DNA of 64,000 nucleotides from positions 1,153-65,152 of the forward strand of contig CAZLQP010000005.1 of the NCBI GenBank assembly GCA_964561855.1, given 5' to 3'. The notes beneath the pieces were generated by a model that was not told where the DNA came from, ran no database searches, and was given only the letters and a program-made list of their open reading frames with translations. This DNA comes from an uncultured Burkholderiales bacterium (lineage in GTDB: Bacteria; Actinomycetota; Acidimicrobiia; IMCC26256; JAGPDB01). A program made the position numbers and the translations under genes. Below, piece after piece: positions 9,914-19,563 of the stretch (its first letter is position 1; each line of letters starts with the position of its first letter).

Positions 9914-11929
9914 ATGGTATCAGGAATAAATCAAGTTTCAATAAAAGGGCAAGCTAAAAATGTTGCTCTATTATTAGTCTTGATAATTTCATCTTTGTTC
10001 TTAGATAACCAACCAACTAACGCACAAGAGTCTGATACAAGATCTGGATTTTCAATTGAATCTTCTACACCTTTTTTGATTGGAACAAGCGTTTTCAATT
10101 TAGGAATTTCATCTGAATTAGAGCCCCAAAGCATAAAGATAAATGTATTACGATCTCTAAATTCCAGATCTCAATTATTTGATTTTTTTGAATCTGTAGA
10201 CAATCGAAGAATTGTAAGTACTTTCGAAACAGCGATCCAAGACCTACCTACTACAGACCAAAACCGAATTAATCTTGAAATCCCAATAAACGACAGTGAA
10301 GTAAATTCGCTGCAAATCCCGTCAAACGGAGTATATCCCTTAGCAGTAACTCTTGAGGCTGACTCCAAGAGTTTTACTCAATATACGTTTGTAACGTATG
10401 TGTCTTCTGTTAATGAAGCGGGTCAAACTTTTGACGCAAAATTAAGCGTAGCTCCACTTATAAAATTTGAACCATTTGTAAATAGATTAGACCTATTTGA
10501 TACTCAAAATAACTTAACAAACTTTGGATTAAGAGTATTTGAAAAAACTTCTGACGCTAGTGAAACATTTAGTCAACTAAATGGCAGCTCATTTCCTTCC
10601 ACTTTTGTACTGAGCCCCGAAGCAATTGAGTTGAATCAAATACTAAATAGGGCATCAAATATTGAACAAGAAATTGGCGATCTCATCCCATTAGAAGCTA
10701 GCGCAAGCGTTAATTACATCGCTGATATTTATTCTCCCACCAATTTCAGTCAAGTCTCTTCCTCTGGTTTTTTACCTGAATTCGACGAAGTAACTACAAT
10801 TTCCAATCAAGTTCTGAACGCAAATGGGTACAACAACGAAATTGGAAACACTCTGATAACTAAAGCAATAAATACTGGAAACACTAGCGAACTCATCGAT
10901 CGAGGTTTTACACGAGTAATAGCAGATCGGACTACTTTCCCCAACAATGCGCAACCGAGCTTTTCTCCAATTGAAATCCGAAATGGAGATGATGAAACAC
11001 TAGTTGCGCCGAGCGATGATTCGATTATCGAAAACATGCCAGCAGGATTATCTGACTCAAGCAAAGCAAGTTTCATTCTGGCAGGCTTAAGCGTAGTAGC
11101 ACTAGAGTCGCCTAGTATCGCAAGAGGATATATAGTTCCATTAAATCTTTATGAATTATCTCCTGAAACAATGCTGCAAGTCGCTTCAGGCCTTCGATCA
11201 AACCCGCTAGCCCAGTCCATAACACTTGATGAGTACTTTAATCTCTTTGAACCTGATCAAAATCTTTCACAAAGAATTAACCGATTAAATTTTCCATCTC
11301 AACCTTCTTTAGGATTTAGCGAAGAGGAACTCGAAGAAGTAAAAACTACGTCTAGGGCTACTATGTCCATGTTTGAAGAAGACTCGACACTATTTCTTAA
11401 TGCTCGCTGGTACCAGTTAGCTGCTGTTTCGGATTCAACACGAAATGTTCAACGAGTTATCAGCGCAGAGTCGAATCGAGCTTTAATTGAAAGTTCACTG
11501 GACTATATTGCATTGCCTGAAAGCAGAACTCTTACATTAACTTCACGAGAAACATCATTGCCTGTGACTTTAAGAAATACTTCAAATACTCCAATCACTG
11601 TAACAGTACAAGTATCATCTAACCGTCTCGCGTTCCCTGAAGGTAGTAGCTCTCAAGTAACTCTCGCCGACGAGAACACGACTGTTCAGATTCCAGTAAT
11701 AGCTCGAACTTCTGGCGTATTTCCGATCACGATTTCTTTGGTAACACCTAAAGAAGAGATTGAAATAATTAGGGAATCCGCAACTGTTAGATCTACGGCT
11801 TTTTCCGGGGTAGGAATTGCCATCGCGGCGCTTTCGTTATTGTTTCTAGCATTTTGGTGGATATCTCATCATAAAAAGACTAAAAAACAACCAGTTGCTC
11901 AAGTATTATCTCTTACTAATAAGAAATGA
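9914..11929 (+). CDS. DUF6049-family cell-surface protein
   Basis: Signal peptide, GVYPLAV, TLTLTSRETSLPVTLRN, IPVIARTSGVFPITISL, C-terminal TM plus basic tail; usual position before murJ. Confidence 0.82.
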   Translation: MVSGINQVSIKGQAKNVALLLVLIISSLFLDNQPTNAQESDTRSGFSIESSTPFLIGTSVFNLGISSELEPQSIKINVLRSLNSRSQLFDFFESVDNRRIVSTFETAIQDLPTTDQNRINLEIPINDSEVNSLQIPSNGVYPLAVTLEADSKSFTQYTFVTYVSSVNEAGQTFDAKLSVAPLIKFEPFVNRLDLFDTQNNLTNFGLRVFEKTSDASETFSQLNGSSFPSTFVLSPEAIELNQILNRASNIEQEIGDLIPLEASASVNYIADIYSPTNFSQVSSSGFLPEFDEVTTISNQVLNANGYNNEIGNTLITKAINTGNTSELIDRGFTRVIADRTTFPNNAQPSFSPIEIRNGDDETLVAPSDDSIIENMPAGLSDSSKASFILAGLSVVALESPSIARGYIVPLNLYELSPETMLQVASGLRSNPLAQSITLDEYFNLFEPDQNLSQRINRLNFPSQPSLGFSEEELEEVKTTSRATMSMFEEDSTLFLNARWYQLAAVSDSTRNVQRVISAESNRALIESSLDYIALPESRTLTLTSRETSLPVTLRNTSNTPITVTVQVSSNRLAFPEGSSSQVTLADENTTVQIPVIARTSGVFPITISLVTPKEEIEIIRESATVRSTAFSGVGIAIAALSLLFLAFWWISHHKKTKKQPVAQVLSLTNKK

Positions 11930-11935
11930 GCAATC

Positions 11936-13528
11936 GTGTCATTAACTAATTCGGCGAAACAAAGCAGCTATGTATTTTTAGGGACGCTTTCTTCAAGAAT
12001 TTTAGGTTTCATCCGCGTAATATTGCTTGCTACAACTTTGGGTTTTACAAGACTTAGTGACTCTTATTCGTTAGCGAACAATACTCCTAACATGATGTTT
12101 GAGTTGATTTTAGGAAGTGTAATTGCTTCCACGATGGTGCCGTTTTTTGTAGCTCAACTCAAGAAGAAAGATGATCAAGCAGACGCAGCATTGATCACAT
12201 TTGCTACGTTAACCGCATTAGTTCTCACAGTCATCACACTTTTGCTATCACCTCTGATTGCAAAGCTAATGACGATAATGAACAACGACTCTTCTGCTGA
12301 AGCTCAGAGTCAGCTTGTATTGTTTTTCTTACTGTTCTTTTTACCGCAGATTTTCTTTTATGCATTAACTGCAGTAATGCAAGCATATCTTTCTGCACGT
12401 AAACGTTTTGTTGCTGCTGCTTTTGCGCCAATTGCCAACAACGTTATTGTAATTTCAACACTTTTGTATTTGAAAACTAAAACTTCGGATTTCCAAGGAC
12501 CACTAAATAGCTTAACTTCAAAAAATTCAATCTGGATCTTGGCAACTGCTACAACATTAGGCGTTGTGGCCGTTACATTTATTGTTTCAATCGCGTTTTT
12601 ACGAGCTGGCGGAAAGCTCAAGTTCGTTTCAATAAGGCACCCGAACGTGAAGTTGCTTTTATCGCGTTCAAAATGGATGGTTGCATATGCCGTTGCCAAC
12701 CAAATCTCGCTTTTCATTGTAGTTACACTTGCAAACTCTACTGAAGGTGGTGTGCTGATGTACACGACTGCGTTTTTGTTTAGCCAACTTCCACATGGAC
12801 TTCTTGCCGTGACCTTAATGACTACCTTGATTCCCAGAATTGCATATAGCGTTGAACATCCCGAAGAAGGCTATGAAGAATTTAAGATAACTCAAGATAC
12901 AATTGAAAAATCCAATTCTGCATCTACTGCCTTATTCGTGTTAATGAGTATCGTAAGCTCGCTCTTGATTGCAGTTGCAGTACCGGCATTGGTAATACTT
13001 ACTGCTTATGGGCAAGTCAGTGCAGAACAGTCAGAAAAAACCGCTCATGTGCTGATCGCATTTACAGCGTTTCTGCCAATGTACTCGTTGTATCTTTTCA
13101 TCGTGCGGCTAGGCAATGTTTTTCATAAAACTAAAGAATTGTTTTTGATTAATATTGCACAAAATGTTCTAAATGTTGTCTTGGCAATTGCATTGTTGAA
13201 CATCTTTGGAACACTTGGTTTGGCAATAGCATTTTCTGTCTCATATTTTTTAATAATTCCGTTTTCTTTGAGACTCTGTAAGAAAGTAATGAATTCTTCG
13301 CTGCTTAATAAGAAGATTGTTTCAAATGCTTTCATCTTTTGCGCCATTGCTGCTTTAGTTGGATATATGGCTTCCTCTCAAATATCCAACACCTACCTAG
13401 CTGTCGCATTTGGGGCATTTGTCTGCCTTTCGATCCAGCTTGTCGGAGGAATTTTAATTAAAGAGGACCTAAAACAACTATCGAAATTAGCTTATTCTCG
13501 CTCAAATAGTTCTCGAAATGTTGACTGA
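11936..13528 (+). CDS. murJ: lipid II flippase MurJ/MviN
   Basis: GTLSSRILGFIR, SYSLANNTPNMMFELILG, FFLPQIFFY, FAPIANN, SQLPHGL; about 14 TM helices. Confidence 0.93.
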   Translation: MSLTNSAKQSSYVFLGTLSSRILGFIRVILLATTLGFTRLSDSYSLANNTPNMMFELILGSVIASTMVPFFVAQLKKKDDQADAALITFATLTALVLTVITLLLSPLIAKLMTIMNNDSSAEAQSQLVLFFLLFFLPQIFFYALTAVMQAYLSARKRFVAAAFAPIANNVIVISTLLYLKTKTSDFQGPLNSLTSKNSIWILATATTLGVVAVTFIVSIAFLRAGGKLKFVSIRHPNVKLLLSRSKWMVAYAVANQISLFIVVTLANSTEGGVLMYTTAFLFSQLPHGLLAVTLMTTLIPRIAYSVEHPEEGYEEFKITQDTIEKSNSASTALFVLMSIVSSLLIAVAVPALVILTAYGQVSAEQSEKTAHVLIAFTAFLPMYSLYLFIVRLGNVFHKTKELFLINIAQNVLNVVLAIALLNIFGTLGLAIAFSVSYFLIIPFSLRLCKKVMNSSLLNKKIVSNAFIFCAIAALVGYMASSQISNTYLAVAFGAFVCLSIQLVGGILIKEDLKQLSKLAYSRSNSSRNVD

Positions 13529-13545
13529 TTTGTCGAAGTATAAAT

Positions 13546-14532
13546 ATGCGTACTTCCGAAATTATCGATTCTAGATATAGAGTCGATACACCGATATCTC
13601 TAAAAGGTTATAGAAGTCGCTTTCTAGGCACAGACTTAAAGTCTGGCCATCGAGTAATAATCGAAACTTTGCATGACACTGTCGTTAAAGATCCAATTGC
13701 ATTAAAAGGGATTCGGTACGAAATTGAGTTAACCCAAAAACTCAAAAGTCCGTACTTTATGCAAATCACCGACACAATTAAACAAGATTCGAGAATTTTC
13801 TTGATTTGGCAATATATCGATGCTGCCCCTCTAACCCACAATCAAGCATTCAAATCATTAACGCAAAGAGACATATGTAGATTTATAGGTCTAACTGTTA
13901 AAGGCCTAGAGTTCGCACATCATAAAGGGGTAATACATGGAGCCCTTTCTACAGATAATATATTGATCACATCATCGTTAACCCCAATCATTACGGGCTT
14001 TGCCTTGCCTGGACAACCTATTGAGACGGACCCAGGAACTCACGGGGGAATCAGTTCGTATCAAGCGTGTGCTCCTGAGCTTATCGAAGGGACACCTATA
14101 GATGAGAGCTGCGACTTTTATTCAGTAGGTGTAATAGCACTTCATCTTCTGAAACTAAACGATGAATATCAAAGTTCTAAAAAACGACATCCAACACAAG
14201 CTAATCGACAATTTTATAAGACTGATGAGTTTATTAATGCCGAGAGATTATTTCGTGGATTATGTTCCAAAGATCGATCGGTAAGAATGCTTTGCGCCCA
14301 AGCCATATCAGACACTGCGTTTTTTGACTCCATGGCTACTCCTGCACATGGAGTTGAAGTACTTAAGTTAAGCAAAAAAGACATTCGACGAATTCGGAAA
14401 CAACATAAGCAAAGATTCGAGATCAACTCAAATATTAGACATCAGACAAACATGATATTAAAAGCAATTGCAATGGCATCGATTGGGCTTTCAATTATTC
14501 TATTTATGTACCTTATCTTTGGATTGAATTAA
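13546..14532 (+). CDS. Ser/Thr kinase-fold protein, probably a pseudokinase, with C-terminal membrane anchor
   Basis: Kinase-fold remnants IHGALSTDNILI, ACAPE, DFYSVG; catalytic Lys and Asp motifs substituted; located between murJ and sigM. Confidence 0.75.
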   Translation: MRTSEIIDSRYRVDTPISLKGYRSRFLGTDLKSGHRVIIETLHDTVVKDPIALKGIRYEIELTQKLKSPYFMQITDTIKQDSRIFLIWQYIDAAPLTHNQAFKSLTQRDICRFIGLTVKGLEFAHHKGVIHGALSTDNILITSSLTPIITGFALPGQPIETDPGTHGGISSYQACAPELIEGTPIDESCDFYSVGVIALHLLKLNDEYQSSKKRHPTQANRQFYKTDEFINAERLFRGLCSKDRSVRMLCAQAISDTAFFDSMATPAHGVEVLKLSKKDIRRIRKQHKQRFEINSNIRHQTNMILKAIAMASIGLSIILFMYLIFGLN

Positions 14533-15140
14533 TGAGCACCGAATTATATCTCGACATTAGTGATCTAGATGTTTCTCGTGCACAAAAAAATCGTGGAACT
14601 GAACTGGAAAAACTCCTTTGGGTGACTACCCCGTATGTGATCAATTTGAGTAAAAAGTGGACACGACCGCCTCTAGATCCTTTCGATATTTCTCAAGAAG
14701 CTCTTTTGCGGATAGCTCAAAATATTGAATCATTTAAATTCAAATCAAAATTTAGTACGTGGGTCTATACGATTACATATAGAACTTTTTTAGATGAATC
14801 ACGCAAAATTAAAAGGCGCGAAAAAATTGCACAGATAATTCCTTTGGAAAATGAAACAGACAAAGCACTAAAAGAAAATGAAGAAGAAGATATTTTTGCG
14901 ATTGTTCATGATTTGATCGAAAAACTTCCTCCCCAAATGCAAGAAGTAATAGTAATGATAGATGTGCAAAATCTTAGTTACCAACAAGCATCACAGGAAT
15001 TGAAAGTTCCCATAGGAACAGTGCGTTCAAGGCTTGCAAGAGCGCGAATAGCGATCAAGGCATTATTAGAAAAAGATGGAACTTTTCAGGCCGGAAAAGG
15101 CGTCTTAATTGATGAGGTGAATAATGAAATTTCCGATTAG
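14532..15140 (+). CDS. sigM: ECF RNA polymerase sigma factor (SigM-like)
   Basis: Region 2 DISQEALLR...FSTWVYTI; region 4 LPPQMQEV...SYQQASQELKVPIGTVRSRLARAR; conserved murJ-sigM-trxB synteny. Confidence 0.85.
   Translation: MSTELYLDISDLDVSRAQKNRGTELEKLLWVTTPYVINLSKKWTRPPLDPFDISQEALLRIAQNIESFKFKSKFSTWVYTITYRTFLDESRKIKRREKIAQIIPLENETDKALKENEEEDIFAIVHDLIEKLPPQMQEVIVMIDVQNLSYQQASQELKVPIGTVRSRLARARIAIKALLEKDGTFQAGKGVLIDEVNNEISD
15078..15104 (+). promoter_or_regulatory. putative ECF (SigM-type) promoter inside the 3' end of sigM
   Basis: GGAAC (15078-15082) - 18 nt - CGTC (15101-15104), just upstream of the anti-sigma start codon. Confidence 0.5.
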
Positions 15141-15996
15141 ATCCGAAGACTTACTGGGTTTAGATGTACTAAACGACGAAGAAGCGACAATGGTTGTCAT
15201 CGAAGCGATCGTATCAGATGATTCTGAGTCATTGGAATTTATTGAACCCTCCAAAAAGGAGGATCTACTAGAACAAGCTCGCCAATGGGAGAGATTTGAA
15301 GAATATGCTTCACAGATTGATTCTCAAAAACGACTTTTTAGCTTAACCGTCAATAACAGCTCAAAAAACGACTCTGGTACAACAGATGATGAGATTCGCG
15401 AAGTTAACAAACAAGTTTTTGAAAGGCTTTCTGAGAGAAAATCTGAGAAAAGCTACCGTAGGCTTTCTTTTGTTGCAAGCTTTTTATTGTTCGCTCTTAT
15501 CTCTTCTACTTTGACTTTAAATATGTTCAATCAATCGACTGAATCAGATTATTCGCAAAACTCAGCTATCGAAGGACCTCGTTCAGGCATTTCAACAGAT
15601 AATAGTGGCAACAATAGCGCTGAGTCTGGAGATTTTAATCGTCCGTCGGTTACCGATTCGACAGATGAAAAAACTCTCGAGAGGTCAATTGGGAATTCCA
15701 TCGATTCGAATTCTTCTATTAACTTTTCCACAGTCTACGATTTAGGTCCCTCTCCTACTGAAACCGTTTTTAGAAGTAAAATACTGATATCTCAAATAGC
15801 TGATAACCAATATGTTAAATCAACTAGGCCTGAAGTATTCGCAAAAGTAATCGAACAATTTAGAAGTGAGTGCACCATAGATTCTGGATTCATTACAGAC
15901 CCGATCTTTGTCAGTGAAATCGAAGGTGATTTAGCAATCGGAGGATTTGTGCAAAATCAAAAGGGAGTTAGAACTCCCGTGGTGCTTGATTGTTAA
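15124..15996 (+). CDS. putative membrane-bound anti-sigma factor
   Basis: Overlaps the sigM stop; acidic cytoplasmic N-terminus, single TM (RLSFVASFLLFALISSTL), Ser/Thr-rich linker and extracellular domain. Confidence 0.6.
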   Translation: MKFPIRSEDLLGLDVLNDEEATMVVIEAIVSDDSESLEFIEPSKKEDLLEQARQWERFEEYASQIDSQKRLFSLTVNNSSKNDSGTTDDEIREVNKQVFERLSERKSEKSYRRLSFVASFLLFALISSTLTLNMFNQSTESDYSQNSAIEGPRSGISTDNSGNNSAESGDFNRPSVTDSTDEKTLERSIGNSIDSNSSINFSTVYDLGPSPTETVFRSKILISQIADNQYVKSTRPEVFAKVIEQFRSECTIDSGFITDPIFVSEIEGDLAIGGFVQNQKGVRTPVVLDC

Positions 15997-16066
15997 AGAA
16001 TCCATAGCCTAGTTTCCAAATCGATGACTAAAAACGTCTAACATAGGTGTCGGTAAAGGAGAATAT

Positions 16067-16330
16067 ATGTCGAGCTGGACGAAATCAGTAATTTCAACAA
16101 TAGATGAAGTTGTTGATTTTGTACGATCAAAAATTGTCGCTCCGGCACATAAAGCTGCCAGAGCTAGTGTTTATTCATTGGTAATTGGCTTATTACTTCT
16201 TCTATCTTTCATATTTGTTCTAATTTCAGCTTTCAGAGTTACCACTTTGGCAGTTGATACCCACTGGGCTTATATGATTTGGGGCGGAATATTCTTTGCT
16301 GTTGGCCTGTTACTATGGTCAAAGAAATAG
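16067..16330 (+). CDS. small two-TM membrane protein
   Basis: SD GGAG; two hydrophobic helices, ends LLWSKK. Confidence 0.75.
   Translation: MSSWTKSVISTIDEVVDFVRSKIVAPAHKAARASVYSLVIGLLLLLSFIFVLISAFRVTTLAVDTHWAYMIWGGIFFAVGLLLWSKK
16286..16311 (+). promoter_or_regulatory. putative SigH/SigR-type promoter for trxB-trxA
   Basis: GGAAT (16286-16290) - 18 nt - GTT (16309-16311), about 45 nt upstream of trxB; trxBA is a known SigR/SigH target in actinobacteria. Confidence 0.6.
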
Positions 16331-16354
16331 TTTTTAACTGATTTTGAGGTTTTG

Positions 16355-17284
16355 ATGACAATTCGAGAGGTAATTATTGTTGGCTCTGGTCCTGCAGGAT
16401 TAACTGCAGCTATTTATAGTGCAAGAGCAAATTTAAAGCCATTAGTAATTGAGGGCGCTCAAGCCGGTGGACAACTTATGACCACCACAGACGTAGAAAA
16501 CTTTCCAGGATTCGCCGATGGAATTATGGGTCCAGAATTAATGGATCAGTTTCGTAAACAAGCTGAACGTTTCGGCACAGAGTTCTTGACTCAAGACGTA
16601 ACTAAAGTGGAGTTAGAAGGCCCTGCTAAAAAAGTTTATGTTGGAGATGAAGTATTTGACACCAAAGTCGTAATTATCTCTACAGGCGCTAAGGCAAAGA
16701 TGCTTGGGTTAGAAAGCGAATCTAAGTTGTTAGGTTACGGAGTATCAACATGCGCTACCTGCGATGGATTCTTCTATTCCGGACATGATATTGCTGTAAT
16801 TGGCGGCGGAGACTCGGCAATGGAAGAAGCTATTTTCCTAACACGATTCGCAAATAGCGTCACAGTAATCCATCGTCGAGAAGAATTACGAGCCTCAAAG
16901 ATTATGCAAGATCGCGCTAAGGCTAATGAAAAAATTACGTTTCGGTTTAACGAAGAAGTCGACGAAGTTCTAGGCGACGAGAAGGTATCAGGACTTAGGC
17001 TTAGAAATAATGTAAGTGGTGAAGAATCTGAGTTAGCCGTTACAGGAGTGTTCGTAGCAATTGGTCATATCCCTAATACATCTTTGTTCTCTGAAATTAT
17101 TGATACAGATGAGTTTGGTTATATTGTTACAAAAGCGCACAGCACTGCTACAAATATAGATGGTGTTTATGCTGCAGGAGATGTTGCTGACAGGGTCTAC
17201 AGGCAAGCAATTACAGCAGCTGGAACAGGAGCAATGGCTGCAATCGAAGCCGAACGCTACATTGAATCTTTAGAAGCCATATAA
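16355..17284 (+). CDS. trxB: thioredoxin-disulfide reductase
   Basis: GSGPAGLTAA, CATCDGF active site, GGGDSAMEEA, YAAGDV. Confidence 0.98.
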   Translation: MTIREVIIVGSGPAGLTAAIYSARANLKPLVIEGAQAGGQLMTTTDVENFPGFADGIMGPELMDQFRKQAERFGTEFLTQDVTKVELEGPAKKVYVGDEVFDTKVVIISTGAKAKMLGLESESKLLGYGVSTCATCDGFFYSGHDIAVIGGGDSAMEEAIFLTRFANSVTVIHRREELRASKIMQDRAKANEKITFRFNEEVDEVLGDEKVSGLRLRNNVSGEESELAVTGVFVAIGHIPNTSLFSEIIDTDEFGYIVTKAHSTATNIDGVYAAGDVADRVYRQAITAAGTGAMAAIEAERYIESLEAI

Positions 17285-17338
17285 ACTACAATAGAAAGAT
17301 ACAAGGCACCCTTGATGGGTGTCGATGGAAGGAAAAAC

Positions 17339-17662
17339 ATGAGCTCAATAACTACCTTGACCGTTGATTCATTTGACGAAGCGATTTCTAGTGCATCTAA
17401 ACCGATAGTTGTAGACTTTTGGGCTGAATGGTGCGGACCTTGCAAGATGATTGCCCCGGTTTTAGAAGAAATTGCAGCTGAAAACTCAGAGAAGCTCGCT
17501 ATTGGCAAGGTTAATGTAGATGAAAACCCAGATTTAGCTCGTAAATTCGAAGTTATGAGTATCCCTACATTGATTGTTTTTAAGGATGGACAGCCAGTTA
17601 AGCGCCTAGTCGGTGCTAAAAACAAAGCTGGCCTATTGGATGATTTATCTGATATAATCTAA
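17339..17662 (+). CDS. trxA: thioredoxin
   Basis: [11 protein letters not shown]; SD GGAAGG before MSSIT start. Confidence 0.98.
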   Translation: MSSITTLTVDSFDEAISSASKPIVVDFWAEWCGPCKMIAPVLEEIAAENSEKLAIGKVNVDENPDLARKFEVMSIPTLIVFKDGQPVKRLVGAKNKAGLLDDLSDII

Positions 17663-17704
17663 TCTTCCGATTTGTCCGTATTGCGCATTAGTTAGGGAGA
17701 GGTA

Positions 17705-18685
17705 ATGACATCAACAAATGACTCCTCCATAATTGAAGCTCAAAAGAAATTAAATCAGCTCGGGTACGAAATCCCTGAATCCGAACTAGGATATTTGGGA
17801 GATAAAACTAAAGAAGCTCTATCCTCTTTCCAAGAAGTAAACGGTCTAGCACCTAGCGGAAATATCGACGATCATACTTGGATAGAGCTTTCGACTTCTT
17901 CATTTAACTTAGGTGATCGACTACTTTATGAACGGCAACCTATGTTTAGAGGCGATGATGTAACTGAACTCCAGCATCGTTTGAATTCCTTAGGCTTTGA
18001 TGCCGGAAGAGAAGACGGCTTTTTTAGAGCTGAAACAGCTCAAGCACTGAGAGAATTTCAGAGAAATGTTGGGTTGAGCTCCGATGGAATTTGTGGACCT
18101 AATACAGTGATTGCTTTAGGAAGAGTATCTACCTTCGCTGAAAGTTCTGCTACAAATCTAAGAGAAGAAATAAAGTGGAAATACCGCAACAGCCTTTCAA
18201 ACTATCGAGTCGGAATTTATATTGATCCGACTTTTACCCTTATTGGTGATCGACTCACAAAAGCATTATTCGAAAAAGGTATCAAAATTCCCCTCTATTA
18301 TGAAGATGGATTTGAACTTGACATCGCTACAGAAGCGAATGAAAACGATATTGACTTCTTGTTCAGCATTTCTTCTTCATTTGCTGCAACTACACGATGC
18401 GTATTTTTCTCCACTAATAGATACCGATCGATACTCGGAGCTTCCTTAGCTGGAGCTATTCAACATGAATTGGCAAATGAAATTAAGTGTGATCCAGACG
18501 ATGTAGTAGGAAGACAATACAAGCTTCTCCAAGCTTCAAAAATGCCTTCAGTAGTTATCGAATTGTGTGATACAACTGATATATCGATGGTTAGACAAAT
18601 TAATGAAAAAAGTGATGCCATTGCTAAATCAATAGCGAATGGCATCTCTAGTGTGATTACAGCAGACGAAATAGTTTTGACTTAA
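17705..18685 (+). CDS. cwlM: peptidoglycan-binding protein with degenerate amidase_3 domain (CwlM-like)
   Basis: Two PG_binding_1 repeats (TKEALSSFQ, TAQALREFQRNVGLSSDGICGPNT), MFRGDDVTELQHRLNSLGF; position after trxA. Confidence 0.8.
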   Translation: MTSTNDSSIIEAQKKLNQLGYEIPESELGYLGDKTKEALSSFQEVNGLAPSGNIDDHTWIELSTSSFNLGDRLLYERQPMFRGDDVTELQHRLNSLGFDAGREDGFFRAETAQALREFQRNVGLSSDGICGPNTVIALGRVSTFAESSATNLREEIKWKYRNSLSNYRVGIYIDPTFTLIGDRLTKALFEKGIKIPLYYEDGFELDIATEANENDIDFLFSISSSFAATTRCVFFSTNRYRSILGASLAGAIQHELANEIKCDPDDVVGRQYKLLQASKMPSVVIELCDTTDISMVRQINEKSDAIAKSIANGISSVITADEIVLT

Positions 18686-19563
18686 GCCATTACATCCTGC
18701 GATTGTTGTTCTGCCATTAAAAGATAGATTCTCTCTAAGTCTTCCAATGTCGAAAAATCGATTGTGATTTTACCTTTGTCACCCTTCATCGAGATGTTGA
18801 CTCTCGTATTCAACCGATCTCCAAGTAGGCTTTCAAGTTCAATTAAGCCTGGAGCTCTCAGAGGTGTGGACCTGTCTTTCTTTGTAAGATCGACTTCAGC
18901 TTCGGTAGCATCTCTAACTGCTTCTTCAATTGCTCTAACAGACCAACCTTCAGAAACAGCCTTTTTGGCTATCTGTTCTTGGAACACTCTATCGGGGGTT
19001 CCAAGCAAAGCTCGAGCATGTCCCATTGACAATTTATTGTCCCTGACCATTTTTTGTATAGACGGAGGAAGTACCAAAAGTCTCAAGATGTTGGTGATTG
19101 TTGTTCGAGACTTTCCGACACGTTTAGCAACTTGATCATGAGTAAGATTAAAATCCTCAATAAGCTGTTGGTAAGCTGTTGCTTCTTCCATTGGGTTCAA
19201 ATCACTACGCTGAACATTTTCAACTATTGCTTGTTCCAATGAAACTGAATCATCTACATCTGTAACAATAACAGGAATACTGGAAAGGCCTACCCGTTTC
19301 GAGGCTCTCCATCGTCTTTCCCCTGCAATAATTTCAAAGGTATTTCCTCGACGTCGAACCAGGATTGGCTGAAGAACTCCAAGTTCTCTTATTGAATCCG
19401 CCAAAGTTGATAACGATGCTTCATCGAAGTACTTCCTCGGCTGATTAGGGTTTGGAGATATTTCAGAAACACTTATTTCTTCAATACCTGCTGATGCCTT
19501 TGGTTGTTGCTGTGAGGGTATAAGAGAGCCTAGCCCTTTACCCAATCCGCTTGCTTTCCCCAT
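18682..19563 (-). CDS. parB: chromosome partitioning protein ParB
   Basis: GLGKGLGSLI, PNPNQPRKYF, GVLQPILVR, IIAGERRWRA, ENVQRSDLNPMEEA. Confidence 0.97.
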   Translation of the reverse strand: MGKASGLGKGLGSLIPSQQQPKASAGIEEISVSEISPNPNQPRKYFDEASLSTLADSIRELGVLQPILVRRRGNTFEIIAGERRWRASKRVGLSSIPVIVTDVDDSVSLEQAIVENVQRSDLNPMEEATAYQQLIEDFNLTHDQVAKRVGKSRTTITNILRLLVLPPSIQKMVRDNKLSMGHARALLGTPDRVFQEQIAKKAVSEGWSVRAIEEAVRDATEAEVDLTKKDRSTPLRAPGLIELESLLGDRLNTRVNISMKGDKGKITIDFSTLEDLERIYLLMAEQQSQDVMA

